From Chiloscyllium plagiosum (lineage: Eukaryota), in the NCBI RefSeq assembly GCF_004010195.1, contig NC_057719.1, positions 57,853,908 to 57,917,907 of the forward strand: a stretch of DNA of 64,000 nt, in the 5' to 3' direction. Under the pieces are notes generated by a model. The model ran no database searches. It saw only the letters and a program-made list of their open reading frames with translations, and was not told where the DNA came from. Within the stretch, counting starts at the first letter, position 1; every line of letters starts with the position of its first letter. This document shows, one piece after another, positions 63,715 to 64,000 of this stretch. The position numbers and the translations under genes were made by a program.

Positions 63715-64000
63715 AGTAATAGAGCAGGCAATTAGAAAGTGGCCTTTATTTCAAAGTGAATGGAGAATAAAAATAGGAAACATTGGCTAAACCTATACTA
63801 GGCACTATTTAGACCACACATGGAATATTGTGAACAATTTTGGACTGCTTATCTAAGAAAAGATAGACTGGTGTTAGAGGTAGGTCAGAGTTGGTTCACT
63901 AGATTGATCCAGGGTATGGCCTTATAAGGTGAGGTTAAATAGGTTGGGCCTGCACATATTGTAATTTATGTGAACAAGAGTTCATTTTGTTGAAACATAC
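63715..64000 (+). mobile_element. Old CR1 3' fragment
   Basis: agaccacacatggaatattgtgaacaattttgg (RPHMEYCEQFW). Confidence 0.8.

Overview
Vertebrate genomic DNA, not prokaryotic. The repeat content (HER1/CR1-type LINEs, HE1-like and Deu-type SINEs, Penelope-like elements) points to a cartilaginous fish, probably a shark. The only convincing host coding sequence is an 84-nt internal exon on the minus strand (23829-23912, FQIQRGQGDATSYRSLGHCFKTMFHQEG) matching exon 3 of SLC25A21, the mitochondrial 2-oxodicarboxylate carrier. The rest of the window is therefore probably intronic, in a gene that in other vertebrates lies next to PAX9. Almost all listed ORFs are decayed transposon fragments or chance frames. 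Other elements include a decayed Gypsy provirus with a tRNA-Leu primer-binding site, two solo LTRs and Harbinger-like remnants. The most notable pattern is at least three families of Penelope terminal repeats carrying short-stem-III hammerhead ribozyme motifs (CUGANGA-stem II-GAAACGUY) with covarying stems. Several occur as tiny (50-140 nt) insertions or palindromes flanked by 10-13 bp target-site duplications, with junctions at the 5' edge of the ribozyme core. One intact core lies in the sense orientation of the slc25a21 intron. There are two assembly gaps. All family assignments come from recalled motifs, not database searches.
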